Below, piece by piece: positions 52,070 to 53,067 of a DNA stretch of 53,067 nucleotides. Made by a program: the position numbers and the translations under genes. How positions within the stretch are numbered: the first letter of the stretch is position 1; each line of letters begins with the position of its first letter. Below the pieces are notes generated by a model. That model was not told the origin of the DNA. It was given only the letters and a program-made list of their open reading frames with translations, and did not search any database. Source of the DNA: Candidatus Yanofskybacteria bacterium RIFCSPLOWO2_02_FULL_41_13 (GTDB lineage: Bacteria; Patescibacteriota; Minisyncoccia; 2-02-FULL-40-12; GWA2-44-9); assembly GCA_001795735.1 (NCBI GenBank), contig MGKQ01000014.1, positions 5,625 through 58,691 on the forward strand, given 5' to 3'.

Positions 52070-52794
52070 CCCTGAACGGAGCTGTCCACTTCGTCGATAT
52101 ACAGATTTTTGTCATTTGCCAGAATCTCAAGACGAGCATTGCCGGTTTGATAGACCAGACACCTCAAGTATCCCATTTCAACAGCTCTGCGTATAAATTT
52201 CAGTCCATATCCGCGATGACCCTCCAAGCCCCGACTTGATATCTGCTCAGTAAACGCAAGCTTAAGCGCCTCTGCATGACTGGCAAGGTTCTTTTTTACA
52301 AGCCTAAGATTTTTGAGCAACCCGACGCCTCGATCCGCAATAATCATCTTTCTCTCTATCCTGTCCAGAACATAAAATGCCCCTTCAATATCTGGCCACT
52401 GACCCTGATTGTGATAGAAAACATTACCGGCCAGCTCCATCGCAGAATTAATAATTACCGAAATCCCTTCATCTGATATAAGCCCCTCCAGCGACGCCCT
52501 CTCCATAATTATCTTGCCCGTTAAGCTTGCTTCGACCGGATAATAGAAATCTTTAATTTTTTTCTCGATCTTTCGATGGCCTGGCTTTGTCCACTCTCTG
52601 ACTAGTTTGTAACTCTTGTATTTCAAGCTCAACAAATCTGCTTTAAAAAAGTAGCGCTTTCCGTTTTTAACGTTGCGTACTGAAGCAATAATCCCTTTAT
52701 CATCCATGCGTCTAAGCGTAGATGCGCTAACATCAAGCAATTGTGTTGCATCTCCGATCGATAACAGCAGGTTTTTATTGATGATTTTACTCAT
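52045..52794 (-). CDS. MerR-type HTH fused to HATPase_c-like domain
   Basis: LSIGDATQLLDVSASTLRRMD; ELAGNVFYHN, IADRGVGL, GYGL. Confidence 0.8.
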   Translation of the reverse strand: MSKIINKNLLLSIGDATQLLDVSASTLRRMDDKGIIASVRNVKNGKRYFFKADLLSLKYKSYKLVREWTKPGHRKIEKKIKDFYYPVEASLTGKIIMERASLEGLISDEGISVIINSAMELAGNVFYHNQGQWPDIEGAFYVLDRIERKMIIADRGVGLLKNLRLVKKNLASHAEALKLAFTEQISSRGLEGHRGYGLKFIRRAVEMGYLRCLVYQTGNARLEILANDKNLYIDEVDSSVQGCLAIVEF

Positions 52795-52885
52795 ATTCTA
52801 TACTGATACATTAAGTATAGCAGATTTTAATTTAAAAATCAATACCTATGCAATATTATTATAAAAATCATAAAATATGTCAAAA

Positions 52886-52916
52886 TATAGCCTAATTACA
52901 GCCTAATTAGGCTATA
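52886..52916. promoter_or_regulatory. 13-bp perfect inverted repeat, candidate operator
   Basis: TATAGCCTAATTA-CAGCC-TAATTAGGCTATA upstream of the HTH-HATPase gene. Confidence 0.4.
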
Positions 52917-53067
52917 TATAAACTTATGCAAATTTTAACAAAAACCTACCAAATAAGATGTGAACAGTTACATAGCCACCCTTAAAAGGGACTATGATAT
53001 AATAAATGAGTATAAAACTAATTTTATTGATAAGTTTTAGGTCAAGATGAATCACCGAATCAAACTT

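Noticed and set aside
41565-52864. Short ORFs overlapping cca, clp, pcrA, rsmA and the last five genes
   Set aside because: Shadow ORFs without independent support.
1-53067. Diversity-generating retroelement or retron
   Set aside because: No reverse transcriptase and no TR/VR pair seen.

Overview
53-kb chromosomal segment whose gene content and style suggest a Patescibacteria/CPR (Parcubacteria-like) genome; the taxonomy is inferred, not proven. Layout: (1) 1-15.9 kb, comF divergent from a full type IV pilus operon with no secretin in the window (pilM-N-O-?-B-T-C-A-D plus four minor pilins), then ligA and a convergent ABC exporter cluster; (2) 16-21 kb, gatC-gatA, typA; (3) 21.0-38.5 kb, an island at the 3' end of tRNA-fMet made of two large-serine-recombinase elements (about 5.1 and 12.2 kb) and a remnant of a third. 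All three junctions share the core CCGCAAC and each lies inside the 3' end of a recombinase gene, so integration swaps the enzyme's C-terminal tail; (4) 38.5-43.8 kb, a tRNA-rich region with cca and dut; (5) 43.8-53 kb, a membrane-anchored Clp ATPase, pcrA, rsmA, secreted hypotheticals and an HTH-HATPase/STAS pair. The most unusual structure is at 43291-43804: a tRNA-Ala(CGC) gene split into three pieces by two TCC...ATCGGGA palindromic inserts. The larger insert carries a GIY-YIG gene (one amber stop) and a complete second tRNA-Ala(CGC) allele. Related palindromes lie between genes and in frame inside pcrA and rsmA. All calls are from manual reading; no database searches were run.
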